Below, in pieces: positions 50,100 to 63,470 of a stretch of DNA of 64,000 bases; positions within the stretch are counted from its first letter, which is position 1; each line of letters begins with the position of its first letter. The DNA is from Camelus dromedarius (taxonomy: Eukaryota). The stretch covers positions 120,468,001-120,532,000 of the forward strand of contig NC_087436.1 in NCBI RefSeq assembly GCF_036321535.1, given 5' to 3'. The translations under genes were made by a program, and so were the position numbers. Under the pieces are notes generated by a model, which worked only from the letters and a program-made list of their open reading frames with translations, was not told the origin of the DNA and made no database searches.

Positions 50100-51514
50100 C
50101 TGTTAAGAAACAAAGTCCGTACACTTGGCAACTCCCAGCATCTCCATGGCGACCACCTCGTAACAGAGCCTCCACCCCGCCAGCAGCGGTCGCCCTGGCA
50201 GGCCCTCGGCTGGTTGCTAAAGTATCATCCTCTCACTGGCCTGGGGCACAGAGTCCCCCTGCGCGGGTCTGAATGTTTTCACCATGTCGCTATTCACTCA
50301 AGACCTCCAATGTGTCATTTTTTTTCAACCAGGTAGGGACTGCTCATGAAAGTGACGTCTCTGCGGCTCATTAATTGGCAACTGTCTTCAGAGATTTGTC
50401 TCTAAACCCTGACTTCTCTGGGCAGCTAGTGTTCCAATACAGGAAAGTACGTCCAGAAAAAGAATGTAGTAAGAGAGAAGGCATTTATGAGCACCTGAAA
50501 GTCCATCATTCAGATGCGCGTTGGTTCTCAGTAGTTCAATTGCTCTGCTATCCCACCACCCGGATTCTTCTTCAACGTGACAAGTGGAATCTGTATGACA
50601 AGACTCCCAAGAATCTTCTTGAAATGCAAGAAAAAATTCTTTTTCTTAAAGTAACTGTGAAATGCCACGGCTGTGCTGAACACAGCTGGAATGGGGACGA
50701 CTGTAATGGTGTGGATTAAATCAACTGAGCGCAGGGTCACAAAACCACTAAAACAGTGGAAACGCACCCAGCTGCGTGGCTCAGAGCCCCGCACGCATTG
50801 GCACCATGGTCAGGGCCGGTGGGCTGAGGGGCACAAGCCTGCCCCACTTCAGGGGGACCCCATCAGCAGAGTAAGGTCCTGGTCTGGACCAGGGGTCTGC
50901 CACGGTTTCATGTAAGGGGCCCACAGGACACAGCCAGGCTTTGCAGGCCACGGGGTCTCCGTCTCATGCTGACCTCCGCCGAGACAGCGCGAACACCCCC
51001 ACAGACGACGCACGAGGGGCCGGCTGGACTGGGCCGGGCGTGCCGCCCTCCACCTGGCCGACCCCGGGCCCCGCACCAGAAGAAGGACCAGGATCTGCCA
51101 GGCGGTGTGGGCTGCATTACTGTACAGGGTCCCTGCCACCTTGGCCACAGCCACCAGCTGTGCTGTGAGCCCTGCGTTTGAGAACAAGGGGAAAAGCTGC
51201 TGCACGGTTTAGAAAGGCAGCTGAGCACCACGCGGAGCGCGGGGAGGGAACCCCTCCCGCCACTGGCTGTGAAAGTAAGCGTGGCTGGCTGTACACGGTC
51301 GCAGATCCACCCCGACCCGGAGCCCGGGTGGAGAGAGATGGGCACGTAGGGAATGAGCCCGGAGGCAGGCTGAGCGCCAGCACAGAGCATCACCTGGAAC
51401 CACACCAACTTCACGAGCCCTGAGCAGGGAGAAATGAAGTGGCCTGTCACCTGTCACTTGAGACATTTGATAAAATGCTAGGAAGCTTTGGTTCATATCG
51501 CAATGCCTCCGTCA

Positions 51515-51700
51515 CCTGCACCGCCCAACACAGTGGCCGCTGCACACGTGGCTGTTTGATGACAATGAAAGAAAACTAAAAATCCTCAGTCACACTCGCT
51601 ACTCTTCTACCCAGGGGGCTGGTGGTGACCGAACGGGGCAGTGCGGCCCCAGAGCACGTCCACTCCTGCAGGAAGTTCCCGTGGACAGGGCACCACTAAA
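51515..51700. mobile_element. MER3-like hAT MITE, GC-shifted
   Basis: cccaacacagtggccgctgcacacgtggctgttt...agagcacgtccactcctgcaggaagttcccgtggacagggc follows the recalled MER3 layout. Confidence 0.6.
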
Positions 51701-52042
51701 ACATAACATGCGACCAGAGCCAGCTGACACTCCTGGGTGACGGAGGTAAAAGAATGCAATAAAGAAATAAAATACCATGAAATGAAATTGGAGACTAATG
51801 TGAAATGCTCGCGAATCACTGATGTCACTGTAAAGATACGAGAGTGAACTGAACGTGTGCAGAGTCTAAGATGGTCCCGAAAAGCTACTCTCCTTGCAAT
51901 TTCTGACACGAGCACATCCTTCTGTAATTTTCCCGTCGCTGCTCACCATTTTGTGCACACGAGGCCAAGGTCAGTGAATGTTACTATTCAGGTGACCGTG
52001 TAATACGTAATCATGCAATAGTGGCAGGTGACGGCAGCTTAC

Positions 52043-52110
52043 CTGGGCGCACAGGGCCAGGATGGTGTTCTCTATCACTTTACCTGCTTGCTCACCAGAA
52101 AAGTAGCCAC
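52043..52110 (-). CDS. ACOX3: ACOX3 internal coding exon
   Basis: gcttacag|GTGGCTAC...GCCCAG|gtaagc. 68 bp, phase 1/0, encodes (G)GYFSGEQAGKVIENTILALCAQ. Confidence 0.95.
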
Positions 52111-53273
52111 CTGTAAGCAGAGGGTCGGTTACCCTGGGGTCTGGACCCAGATCACCCACAAATAGCAAGCTTCCTTTCCCAAATAGCCCATTTTGTAGGA
52201 AAACCTCTCGCTACCACTGCCCGAACCCCGTTGTGACCTCTCTGCAGGATGGCATTGGCTGGGGCCAGGTTCCCGTGTCCCCCTTCCCACTGGTTCACTG
52301 AGCACATGCTGGGAGGTCATGGCTGGGAGCTGGGGACACAGAAGCCCAGGGCCTGGGCGAGAGGCTCAGGGAGGCCGGCAGGGCAGGGCCGGTGGGCTGG
52401 GCAGGCAGAGCACAGCACTGGTGGTGACTGGGACGCCCGGACGGAGCCTGGGCTGGGGGCCGGCAGGGGCTGCAGGCACAGAGCTGTGCCTGGGGGCACG
52501 CGGGCCATCTGGAGCCACCAGGGGATGGGCACGAGCCGCCCCTGCTCTGTCTCGCCTCCCACACTGCGGCGGGCTGTGCTGTGCCGGCCAGCAGGCCCAA
52601 GGAAGCGGCCCCACGCGCTGGAGAATGCATGTGCTGCAGGACTGGCTGCTGTCGGATTTTTCCGTGGTGAACTCCACCCACTCACCCAGAGCTGTCATTC
52701 CTCAGGGTGCGTGGGCTCTGGTCCCTGCACCCCACTGCTCCCTCTGCCTGGGAGGCCCTGTGCACTGCCTCCAAGGGGCAACTCCCACCTCAAGGGGGAA
52801 AACGTGGGTTCTTGGCAAGGGGGAGGGGAAAAAACGTACTCCTGGTGCAGGCCAGACACACACACAGGACACGAACAGCTACACAGAACACATCATGGGG
52901 GCGATTAGGAAAAAATATCTGAAGAGGTTTCTTAGGGGGAGAATAATGAAAAAAAAGACTGAGAAACTCAGGTTTACTCTCTTTCCACCCATCTTCCAGG
53001 AATCAGCCCATTCATCACCTCCTCCAGGAAGCCCTCCAGGTCCCCAGAGTGGGCACTCCCGGGACTGCCGCCCCAGCAGCTCGGCTCGGCTCTCAAGGCC
53101 GTCCTGATGCTGCTCTGCCCCTCGTGCTTTTCTCCCCACGGGCTCCGGGCTCCTTATCTGCCGAAGGCTCACTCAGCATGGGATGAGTGTTCAGTAACCC
53201 ACAGGGGAGCTAAGTCTCCCAGGCACAGCGGAGGGTGAGGTGGGGGCAGCAGGTGCCCGCGCAGGGGGCTCAC

Positions 53274-53448
53274 CTCGGTAGAGCAGGGCTGTGTGCTGGC
53301 TCAGGGACCACAGGGTGTAGAGGGCGCTCATCCGCCAGAGCACGGCCCGCAGCGGAGGCGGCACGTGGGGCTGGTGCGTGTGCTCGTGGAACCTCCGCGC
53401 CACCGTGAACTCCAGGAAGGCCAGGGCCAAGGAGCGGCAGTGGTACAC
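53274..53448 (-). CDS. ACOX3: ACOX3 internal coding exon
   Basis: cgttgcag|GTGTACCAC...TACCGAG|gtgagc. 175 bp, phase 0/1, encodes [58 protein letters not shown]. Confidence 0.95.
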
Positions 53449-56400
53449 CTGCAACGAAGCCCGGCACGGGCGCCAGCCGCCGGTGAGCAGGCGGCCAGCC
53501 AGGCACCGTGGGAGGTCTGCGAGCCAGTAGCACCAGGCGCTCCGGGGACAGACGGGGCGGGCGCAGGCGGCCCCCTCGGGAAAGCCCCACGCAGAGGCCT
53601 GCATTGTCCCCAGGAGGTGGGCTCCCCGAGGGCACGAGGTCAATTCTCTTTCCCACCTGGGGCCACAGAGAAGGTGCTTGGCACCTGAAAGTGATGTCAG
53701 CTTCCCCCTGGCCTTGCCACGCTGCTGGCCTCCCAGACTTGGAAAGAAACAGTCCCTCTCCCACTCTGCCCTCAAGTCAGGTCCAGAAACAAGGGGGACG
53801 GCTGAGCGGGGCCAAGTGTTCCTTGCATGTGAGTTCTGACTCTGGCTTTGTTTGTGGAAGCAGGAAGTCACTGCAGATCTTTCGGTCCCAACTTCTTTTT
53901 TTAACCGACATCCAAAACATCTGCTGCTAATCATTAGCTTTGCTTGTTAGCTTTTCTTCTCCAGTCTCCAATTTATTCTTTTAACCAGTTTTTACAATCA
54001 GGACAATCATACGTGCATTCCTGATTTGTTATGATAAGCACGTGCTGCTTTGGAAATTAAAAAAATAACCTAGCACGGCAGTGCCCGGAGCGGGGCGGGG
54101 AGAAGACACCTACTCAGGCTTGCATGACTGACCCAGGCCGTCAGCCAGCATCCCTGGGGAAGGGGTGGGGGAGAGTGGGCTCCGGGAAGCGGGAGGCAGG
54201 AGCACCGAGGGGGGTGGGCTCTGACGTAAAGCCTGCTGTAAACTTTCAGAGCAAACACTGGGTTGTCAATTCCAAGGCCAAGCTTCCCCCGGGGCCTGCT
54301 GGAGACAGTGAGCTGTCAGGAGAAAATTCCGGGGCAGGGTGCTTCCCCACCTCCTGCCCATCTGGCTGGTCCTGTCCCAAGACCCCACTGGGCCTCTGCA
54401 TCCCCAGAGGGTACACGTCCTGCTACCCCATTGTCCCTTCTGGAGGGCCAGCCTGGGGCCTCAGAGTGGCTTTAACCCCTTCCCTCTTGCACACACTGTG
54501 GTGTGTGTGCTCTTGGCTTTGGAAGGTGAGGGCCGGGGAGGTGGGGTCTCTGCTGGATGCAGGGTGGGGGGCCTCACAGGAGGGGAGATGACAATGACAA
54601 TGAAGGTGGGCAGGACCGCTCCCCAGGCCAGGCCCTAAGCTGAGCCCCCCCACCCCCCACCCCGCACCAAGGTCACACAGTTGGCAAGGGGCGGAGACAC
54701 ACTTGAACCTAGGCAGGCTGACCCCAGTAACCACCCCTTAACTACTTCACCAGGGCATGTTAGTACATTAAACCCCCCAAACGTGCTCACAGGCTGTGGG
54801 TGCCTCTCCGCGTGGGTGCCCCTTTGTGAATCCCAGAGGCCAGGCTCGAACTGAGTCCAAACTCACATGGATTTTCTAGTCTTAGGTCACGTTCTTCTCA
54901 TCTTATTTTTCTGTAAAGCGGCACACTTTAGTTTCAGCTACGGCATTGGCTGGTGCTGGCCTGGAAAGGTGGCCCCACCTCTGACCATGACACCGTGCGG
55001 ATGCATCTGAGTCCGGCCGGGCTCTGACTCACCGACACAGTAGCTAAGGGCCTGGGCCTCAGCGTCCAAACCCGCTTGGCTTTTACGAGTGTGCAGTGCG
55101 GGCAAGCGGCTTCCGCCCCAAGCCCGAGCTTCTTGGTCTGCGCAGTGGGCATGTGACAGCGCCAGGCTCCGAGCGCTGCCACCAGGAGGGTCAGCCAGAG
55201 CCCACGTGCCCCGGAAAGGAATTCGGGGTCAGATATTGCTCTTGGGTACACCCTAAGCTCTGAGCATATCTGCACTTTAACAAGTAACGGAAGCTTTTGG
55301 CAAAAAAACAAAATCTGAACTGTTTGAGCTACATTTGGACATCAGCTGTGCAGCCCAGGGGAAGAGTCGGGCTCTGGGGTCAGCAGGCTTGGGGTCAGTG
55401 CCGGCTCTCCAGAGTCAAGCCAGTGCCCTGGGCCGTTTCTCTTGGCCTCGACATCCTTACCCATCAGAGACGATGGAGTGGAACGACACACGGAGGGAGA
55501 AACAGCACCTCATCCTGCTTCCTGTAAAGACATCGCTGCAGGGAGTCCGGGGGGGGGGCTTCCCCCCCACCTTCTTATATCTTCTCACTTGGAACGTGTG
55601 AAGGTGCTGCCCAGCCAAAAAATACAACAAACACGCCTTTGTTTTCTTCTTTTAAGACCCTGCTGTGTGCGCCCAGCCAGCTGTAGGTGAACAGTTGACA
55701 GCAGTTTGTTGCCGGCAGGAGTAGAGAAAAGCTAATCAGCTCCGGCGCTGAGTCAAAAGGAGAGCGCATCTTATCTTTCCACAAAACTGCAAGTAACCTC
55801 CCCGAAAAGGACAGGGTGTGGAGTGGCCGCTGTCCACCGGACACGGTCCTTCCACCTGCGCGTCCTGGGCCCTGGTCCGCGGGCAGCTGCTGCTGCGGTG
55901 GCCACCTCGGGCGGGGGGCAGGTCCCGGGCAAGGCTGACCCTCCGTCTGCAGGAACTCTTTCCTGCAGCCGGTGGTGTTCTGTGCTTCCCCAGCCTGGGA
56001 TCTGTCTTCTGACGTTGCTTACATCATCTTCTACTATTCAGAATAGTCAGAAAGGGTGAATGTGAATGCAGTCAGAGCCGACAGTGTCTTTCACAGCTTC
56101 CGAGTTTTCGTCCTACCAAGGCTGCGCAAACACCGCCTGGACTTTTCTTCTCATGCTTCCTCCTGCCGCTGCCATCACGCTATGGGAAGGGACCGCATCG
56201 CCACAGGACCCTGGACATCCAGCCCAGGGCTCTGAGAACGCTCTCTGCTGTAAGGATGACCCCATGCTCCCTCTTAACATGCTCCGTGATGCAGACCAGG
56301 TCTGGAAGATGCAGACTCCCTCTGGGGTCACCTCTCCCTCCAGGCCTCGGTGAATTCTTTCTCAACCGACAGCGCCACACCCCGGGCCATCGTGAGACCG

Positions 56401-57482
56401 GGAGTGCAGGTGTGAGCGGACGGCTCAGACGGCTGCGGTGGCCCTCTGGATGCTCTGTGGGGTTTGGACATGGCGGGAATGGGCGTCCTCTGTGTCCTCC
56501 ATCGCTCCAGGGTCTTGGGGGGCATCTCCACTTCCATCTCCAGGTCGACACCCCGACATGCAGAGAACGGAGCGACGCGGGACAAGCTGACCCACAGCCG
56601 CCCGTGTCCGAGTGACTGAGCCTGTGTGGCCCAGCCCACCTGGAAGGGCGGTGCTCACACCCCCTACTCTGGGTCCCTAGACTGAACTGGAGGCTCACTG
56701 CCCTTGCTGTCTGCTAGTTCACTCCTTTGACGACACAGGTGTGGTCTTGGTTTAGGTGCCCTCCGAAGGGGCCTTTCTAATCCAGACCCCTCCTTGTCTG
56801 CTCCTCCCTCCCCGGGGCAGGCGCGCCCAGCAAGTCCCTGGGTGCCTGCTCTGCATCTTCTGCTGAGGGGCCCAGGAGCCGGGGCCTTCAGAGGCCACGG
56901 GCGGATGTGGCCCCAGGCTCTCCGGGACAGCTCCATCACAGTGTGACCCGGAGCAGATACCAACAAGAGAGGGTACCGCATTTAGAAGCTTCCCGGGCTA
57001 CGTTCACCTCCGGCCTCCCAGAAAACACCTGTCACTGCAGATGCACCGGGCTATAGACCACAGCAGAACCAGGTGCCACCTAACGAGGGCCGGGACCCCG
57101 GACACGAGAGGCAGCCCTGTCCCAGTGTGAGAACCAGCGCGGCCCTTGGACCGATTCCACTCAGGCATCTGGGGGAGGGGGATGACGACTTTGAGAAACC
57201 AAATGCGGAGCACTGGCGTGCCCTCACGTGAGTCGACGAGCCACCGCCCTGCTGGTGGGAGGGATCTTGGCTCCCGTCCCAGCTCCACCGTGTGCCTCAG
57301 GCCTCCACAGCCCATGGACACTGTCGGGCACCTTAGTATGATGCCCACAGTCTCTTCCATGTCTGGCAAGGGAGGTGCAAAGAGGTCAGGCCAGGTGCCC
57401 GAGGTGCATCTCACTGAGGACACAACAGTACAAGAATTAGGAACAAATCACAGAAAGAGCAACTTGTAACACAAACGAATAC

Positions 57483-57598
57483 CTGACAGTTGTTTCTTGC
57501 TTCAAAGTCGCTGCTCCCAGACTGCTTCTCTCGATTTAACTTCTGGTAACTCTCCTGGAGCAGATAGCAAACCAGCCACTCGTACGCTGCCAGGGCGG
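57483..57598 (-). CDS. ACOX3: ACOX3 internal coding exon
   Basis: cgtttgaag|CCGCCCTG...TGTCAG|gtattc. 116 bp, phase 1/0, encodes (A)[38 protein letters not shown]. Confidence 0.94.
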
Positions 57599-58670
57599 CT
57601 TCAAACGAGAAACAGGGAAGAGTGACCGCGGGGCCCCGACCTTTCCAAGTACTTAGTCCTCGTGGAAGCGAGCAGGGTGGGGCCCATTTACAGACGGGGA
57701 GGCTGAGGCCCAGGGAGGGCAGCTGCGCTCGGCCGCAGCGGGCGGTGGCCGGGCCGGGACCAGCACGGCTGAGGGTGTTTCCTGGCTCTGCCATGAGGCC
57801 GGCCCGAGTTCTACACGGTTCTAGCAACCATGGAGTCCGAGGCGTGATGACCGCCTCATTTATATAAGATGGCTATGCGGTCTGGATGAAACGCGGAGTC
57901 GCACGGATGGCAGGACAACTTCCCAGCAGATGGTGGGCAGGTGGTGAGAGGAAGGCGCACTCCAGCCACCTGACCGGGGACCTCACCGCTGCGGTGGGCG
58001 GCTCTCCCAAGACCTTGCCACTCGCCCGTCCCTCCCGGGGCTCTGCTGAGCAGAGGAGGGAGGCTGCGGAGCAGGGTGCGCCGTGACAGGGATGCAGGGG
58101 GGACGGGCTGGAAAGGGCTGGATGGAGACCCCCGTCCTCCTCTCCTGGCCACGGTGCTGTGCCTGCATCTGTGGGGCCCTGCTCCTTGTCCCGTCACCGC
58201 CGGAGACCCTGCCCAGCAGTGTGGTCACCACCCCTTCCGTTGAGCACATGGGGCACAGGGAGGCGCCCGGGCCCATGGTGAGCCAGCAAGGGTCTGACCT
58301 GCCTGTGTGGCCCGAGGTCCACACTTTCACTGCTGACCCAGGCAGAGGGCGCAGTGCTGGGGCGTCCAGGCCCCAGGGGACCTGGGAGTTCCTTCAAGTC
58401 ACTCAGCCCGTTCCCTGGGAAGAAGGTGCATGGTATTTGCTGGGTCCTGCTGCAGACCCCTGCCCGTTTCACACTTTGTATTTGCAAATCCTCACAGCGC
58501 AGCTGAGAATCCCATTAAAGAGCACATGAACCACCTCTCAGGGCTGAGGAAACGCAGGCTCAGAGGCAGCAAACAGCCTGCCCAGGCTCACACAGCTGTT
58601 CTGAGGGAGCCCCATGCGGCAGGTGGGGAGGCGAGCTGGGATGCGGTCCCCCTCTCAGAGGTCTGCCAGG

Positions 58671-59100
58671 TGTGCTGGCTTGAATGTGGCCCCCCCCGAA
58701 AGACACATCCACGTGTCTCCCCGCACCTGCAAACGTGCCTTTACGTAGGAAAAGGGTCTTCGCAGATGGAATGACATTACAACGTGAGGTCACCCTGGAC
58801 CATGGTGGCCCTAAATCCAGTGAGTGTCCTTGTACGAGACAGAAGAGAAGATGGAGACACAGAAGGGAGGCCATGCGAAGGCGGAGGCAGAGACCGGGTG
58901 ATGTGGCCACGAGACCAGGAACGCCCGCGGCCACCAGGGGCTCCACAGACGAGGAAGGACCCTCCCTGGAGCCCCTGGAGGGAGTGCAGCCGGGGGCTCA
59001 CTTCGCCTGCGGGCTTCTGTCCACAACGTGACTCAGTTCCTGCTGTTCTCGGCACCCAGTTTGTGCACAGGGCGCAGACGCCGCGGCAGCCCCGGGGCAC
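58671..59100 (+). mobile_element. MaLR LTR (MLT1C-type) in an ACOX3 intron
   Basis: tgtgctggcttgaatgtggccccc...ggaaaagggtcttcgcagatg...ggccctaaatccagtgagtgtccttgt...gaaggcggaggcagagaccggg. Confidence 0.85.
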
Positions 59101-60490
59101 TCCAGAGCCGCCCTTCAGGACGTCCCTGCAAACGCAGGCAGACACTGGGGCCAGCACTGGTGCTGGGGGGCCCATTTTGACACCTGCGTACCCGGGGCAG
59201 AGGCCCGACCACCCTACGACGCACCAACCATGCTGTCCGGGCCACACCCAAACGCTGCCCTGGCAGGTGACGGCCTGTAGCGTCACCCACTGTGCCTGGC
59301 GTCGGTGACCAGCTCACAGTCTGTGCTCCAAGAGAGAAGCCAGCTTCACGCCTTGGTTGTTTGAACATTTTTCTTTGGAAACTCCACTTTCAGCTCTCAA
59401 GTTTTTACTAAGTGCGTCACTCTGCTCCGACGTGTTCACACGGCAGGGCTGAGCCCCTAGCGAACACACGAAGGTACCAGCGGGGCTGGTGTGTGGACCA
59501 CTTGGAGAAGTCACCTGGACGTGAGGGGTCCGCGGGGACAGAACCGAGTGGGGGAGGCCAGGGGAGCCGGCACAGCCGGGCAGGAACGCTCTCGCTTGGG
59601 GGGTGGCGAACGGCCCAGGACAAACACTGCTTCAACTTCAGTCCTCAAGTCCCTCCCAGCTCCTGGGTCAGAAGTGGCCTCTGAGGTGCTGCACCACGGG
59701 GTCCCTTGGGGCTCCCCCGGTGCCCCTCTGCACCCCTTAATGGCCGATCAGCATCTGGCCCAGGGCCCACAGCTGACCCACAGCCTGGGCGTGCCACCCA
59801 CACCACGGGCCCCTCTGAACACAGGGTGCTACGCAACCCCACTGCCCTGCATCTTTCCTTTGGCCAGAGAAGCAAAAGCTCCAATTGTTTAGTATTTTCG
59901 AGAGTGAGCTAACTCAAGGAAAGAGAAAGGCCTTATGATATTAAGTGACACGCAGGTCCCCGGTGTTCGGGGCCACTTGTTAAACCCATCCTCAGTGCAC
60001 ACACATCCTCAGTGCGAGGATCAGAGGAGCCGAGGACCCGTGCCTGCCCCTCCCTCCCCAGATACACATCTGAATCCCCAGAGGAAAACCTCCTGACGTC
60101 CAAACAGGCCGCGTCCAGTGCTGGGAAGGGCCTGAGTCTCCCATCCTCCAGAGCCCGAGTGTCGTACGTCATCTAGGTCATTTTTGCCCCAGACCCAGCT
60201 GAGACAGGCCAGCCCGAGGTCTGGGATTTGATGATCACGTGCCTGGGGCCGAGGGGCTGGCCACGTGCCGCGGGCTCCCTCCTCCGCGTGGGGAGTAACA
60301 GCCGTGTTTGATGCCAGGCCCCTGGTGCCAAATGAGTTTTACTTGCGTCCTCTCCTCCAGAAAATGTTTTCGCTTTGTTGGCTCTTGCAAAATTAGAGCG
60401 CTCACAGGAAAAACAGATGACGCTGTCCTGGCGTTCTTCCTGACGCCGGCCCACAGTGCAGCTGCGGCTCTAATCGTGTCGGGGAGAGGG

Positions 60491-60540
60491 CGGGGGCCAG
60501 GCAGGGGCCAGGCGGGGGCCAGGCAGGGGCCGGGCGGGCA
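60491..60540 (+). repeat. Short GC-rich tandem repeat, 11-bp unit CRGGGGCCAGG, about 4 copies
   Basis: cgggggccagg caggggccagg cgggggccagg caggggccggg, directly visible. Confidence 0.85.
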
Positions 60541-62210
60541 CGGCGGCCTTGTCACAGCGCTGGCAGACCACTTGTTTACTGTCTCATTTTACAACGGGTG
60601 ATGGTTTTAGGGGAGAAAATCCCGGTTGGGTTGACGTTAGGATGGTTGCGTCACTCCCTGGTGCTTCCTGCACGACACTTAGGGGGCTGTGTGACCAGCA
60701 GGAAGGGACCTCCAAGCGGTCCCTGCTTCCTCTTAGCACTTTAAGAAGTGAGATAAAAAAGGCTGCTGATTGTCAGAATTGTCACACAGTGCGGGGAGGG
60801 AAATGGAGCTGTTACTAGCAGGTATGCTGCTGGCTGGGGCTGCAGATGGAGGACGGCGGGGAGGCCGGCCCAGCCTGGGTTCTGTGCTCACTCCGGCCGC
60901 TGACATGGATTCAGGGGGATGGAGGGGGACTGGACCACGGCCTCCCTTCTGGAAGCTGTGAGCAGCAGTGCAGCCCTGCAGGGCCACCGGGAGATATGTG
61001 CCCAGCGCCCGCAGCTTCTCGGATGTGTCATGTGCTCTCTGTCCTCCGAGTAAGGGAGGGGGCGGCTCCTTCACCCACAGGATCTAGGCCCCCCAGGCCC
61101 CCAGGGGACACGCACACTTGGGTCTCCTGACAGCAAAGCCAGGTGGTCTCTGATAACGGCGTTCAGGGGGATGTACAGCTATTGACAGTAATTTCTGTGA
61201 TGAAAACTGTAACTTGGGCCATGTTGTAAATGTCAAGGGCCGTTCCTGAGCCCTCGCATGGTGCCAAGTGCCAACCTGAGTGCACTGCGTCCCTCGCTGG
61301 TCCCCACAGACACTGCAGAGGTACAGCTGTCATCACCCCGCAGTGCAGACGGGAGCCCGGCGCAGTAGGGTGGGGGCCCTGCCCTATGTCCCAGGTGCAC
61401 TCGGTCTCCTGGCAGGGGGGCTGCCTTTCCAGCTCCTTGGGTGACCTGCCAGAGGGTCCGCCTCTGCCCGCCTGCTGGGGGCACACGCCTAGGGGTCAGC
61501 CCCGGACCACAGAGGAGCCCTGGGTGGCAGAGGGAGGTGTGCTCATGAAACACGCCCACCGGAGTGACGACCTGGCCACAGTCTGCTGCTATTTCTGATA
61601 AGGGATCTGACCGGAAAGCGAGTGGGATCTTGTAGGAGGAAAGCTCATCCTTCAGAAGCCTGGGGGGGGGGGGGTCACCAACCCTGTTCTTCCTGTGACG
61701 TCTCCCTCGACCACCCATTACCAAGCGTCTGGGGGCCGTAACAGGAGATCCTGAGCTTTGGATGCAGCAGGCTCAGGTCCAGATCTGAGGTGTGCAGAGA
61801 ACTGAGGAGGAAGCTGGTCAGGGGGGCAGACAGAAGGGAGGCCAGGACCAGAATGAAAAGCCTGGCATGTGCAAAGGCCCAGAGACAGTGTATGGCATGG
61901 ACCACGAGCGGGACACCCAACCTCCTGTGATGAGAACCCAGGCACAGGAGTGGCGGGTGGGACCAAGGCTGCCTGGCAAGGCGGATCTGGGACCCGGAGG
62001 CCTCTTGCTATACCCTGGAGGGGGGTGGACTCCCTTCACTCCAACCCTGGAGTCAGCACTGACTCAGCGCTGGGCACAGGAGCTGCTCCATGGATGAATT
62101 ATTGAACAAACAAGGGAATAAATCAGTAGATTGCTTCCAGGGCCCTAGTCGGGCACCATGCACCCGGAGGGGCGGAGTGGGGGCAGAGAGACAGGCAGGC
62201 GTGTACTTAC

Positions 62211-62324
62211 CTGAGGAGTCCCAGCAGTCCTCAGGGCTGGGGCCTGTGAACCTCCGGCCAAGGATGTCGGGATAGGATTCCAGAAAGTCCACAGTCTTCA
62301 GAGGGCTCTCAACGCGAGGGCCAC
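62211..62324 (-). CDS. ACOX3: ACOX3 internal coding exon
   Basis: gctcctag|GTGGCCCT...TCCTCAG|gtaagt. 114 bp, phase 1/1, encodes (G)GPRVESPLKTVDFLESYPDILGRRFTGPSPEDCWDSS. Confidence 0.94.
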
Positions 62325-62539
62325 CTAGGAGCACAGCCAGTGACTCTGGGGAGAGCCAGGACCCCTCCCCCAGCCATCACGCGGGGGCTGGCCCCTCCCC
62401 ATCTGACCACACGTCTCCTTCCTGTAAACACAGGGGCCATCCTGACTGCAGGGCTGACGGGGCGGCCGGGGCCGTGGGGCGGGCTGTGTGTGGCTGGGGC
62501 CGCCCGCCCGCTGCGCCGCCCCCCAGCAGCCGGCCTCAC

Positions 62540-62662
62540 CTGGGCCGCGGCGCTCTAGCAGGCTGAGCAGGTAGTTGCTGGTCTGCTGCAGCAGCACGTT
62601 GTTGTCTCCCTCGTATGTGCAGTTGGGGTCGTTGTCGTTCCTGAGCTCGCCCAGACGGTTCA
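62540..62662 (-). CDS. ACOX3: ACOX3 coding exon with the catalytic glutamate motif TYEGDN; the gene continues upstream beyond the window
   Basis: ccttgcag|TGAACCGT...CCAG|gtgagg. 123 bp, phase 1/1, encodes [46 protein letters not shown] is the acyl-CoA oxidase catalytic-base motif. Confidence 0.96.
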
Positions 62663-63119
62663 CTGCAAGGAGCCGCCGCGCCCTTGTCACTGCCAGGGCA
62701 CGTGGCCCCGCCCCGCCCCCCACCGGCGGGGCGCCCGCTCATCGTCTCAGCCCAGGTGCTCCCCCTGTAGGGCGTACCCGTGACCACGTGGCACGGTCGC
62801 CGCTGGGAAGGGAAGGGGGCGGCTCCCAGGGCCGCGCTCAGCGACACCACCGTCCTCACTGCTGCCACGGCCTCACAGGCTGCCCGGCAGAGCTCCCCGA
62901 GTGGGGCCCTGCCAGACCCGGACCGTTTCAGAGGTGCTGACTCCCTGCGAGGGGGACGGCCTTCTTTCTCCCACGATTAAAGGAAACCTTTTTACACAAG
63001 AGATTTCAAATACCTGAAGACAAGTCTCATTGTTCTTTTGTTTTCTCTCCTGCCCCTTGAATAACCCAGTTCCTCTTCAGACTTTATAAGCCATGCTACC
63101 CAGACCCCCACGTCCTGGG

Positions 63120-63470
63120 TCTTCACCCTCTAATGGAGAATGTTCTCCAAAAGTGGTGGGGAAGCCAGCAGGGAATCGGATGGGACCCTCACTTCCCACA
63201 CTCACATACTGCTGTGAGCAGAGCCCGAGGGGGTGTAAGACATTCTGCAGAGACACAAGGCTGTGGTCACCTGTGACACCCTGATCGCTTTCCCCTGACT
63301 CGCTGCCGCATCCCCATTCAGTAGGCCACTGAGAGCAACCTCTGGGAAATAACTTTCGATTGATGTTTAAACCTAGATAAAGGGCTTTACATTCATCCCT
63401 GCTGAGCTCGGCCTCAATGGCTAAGCCGAGCGTCTGTAAGTGTGATGACACTTGCTTTAGTCATTCGTGT
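63120..63470 (-). mobile_element. Ancient CR1/L3 LINE ORF2 fragment
   Basis: Minus translation ELSRDECKALYLG...CGSESGESDQGVTGDHSL resembles recalled CR1 motifs KFNRDKCKVLHLG...GSSSCEKDLGVLVDHKL. Confidence 0.65.
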
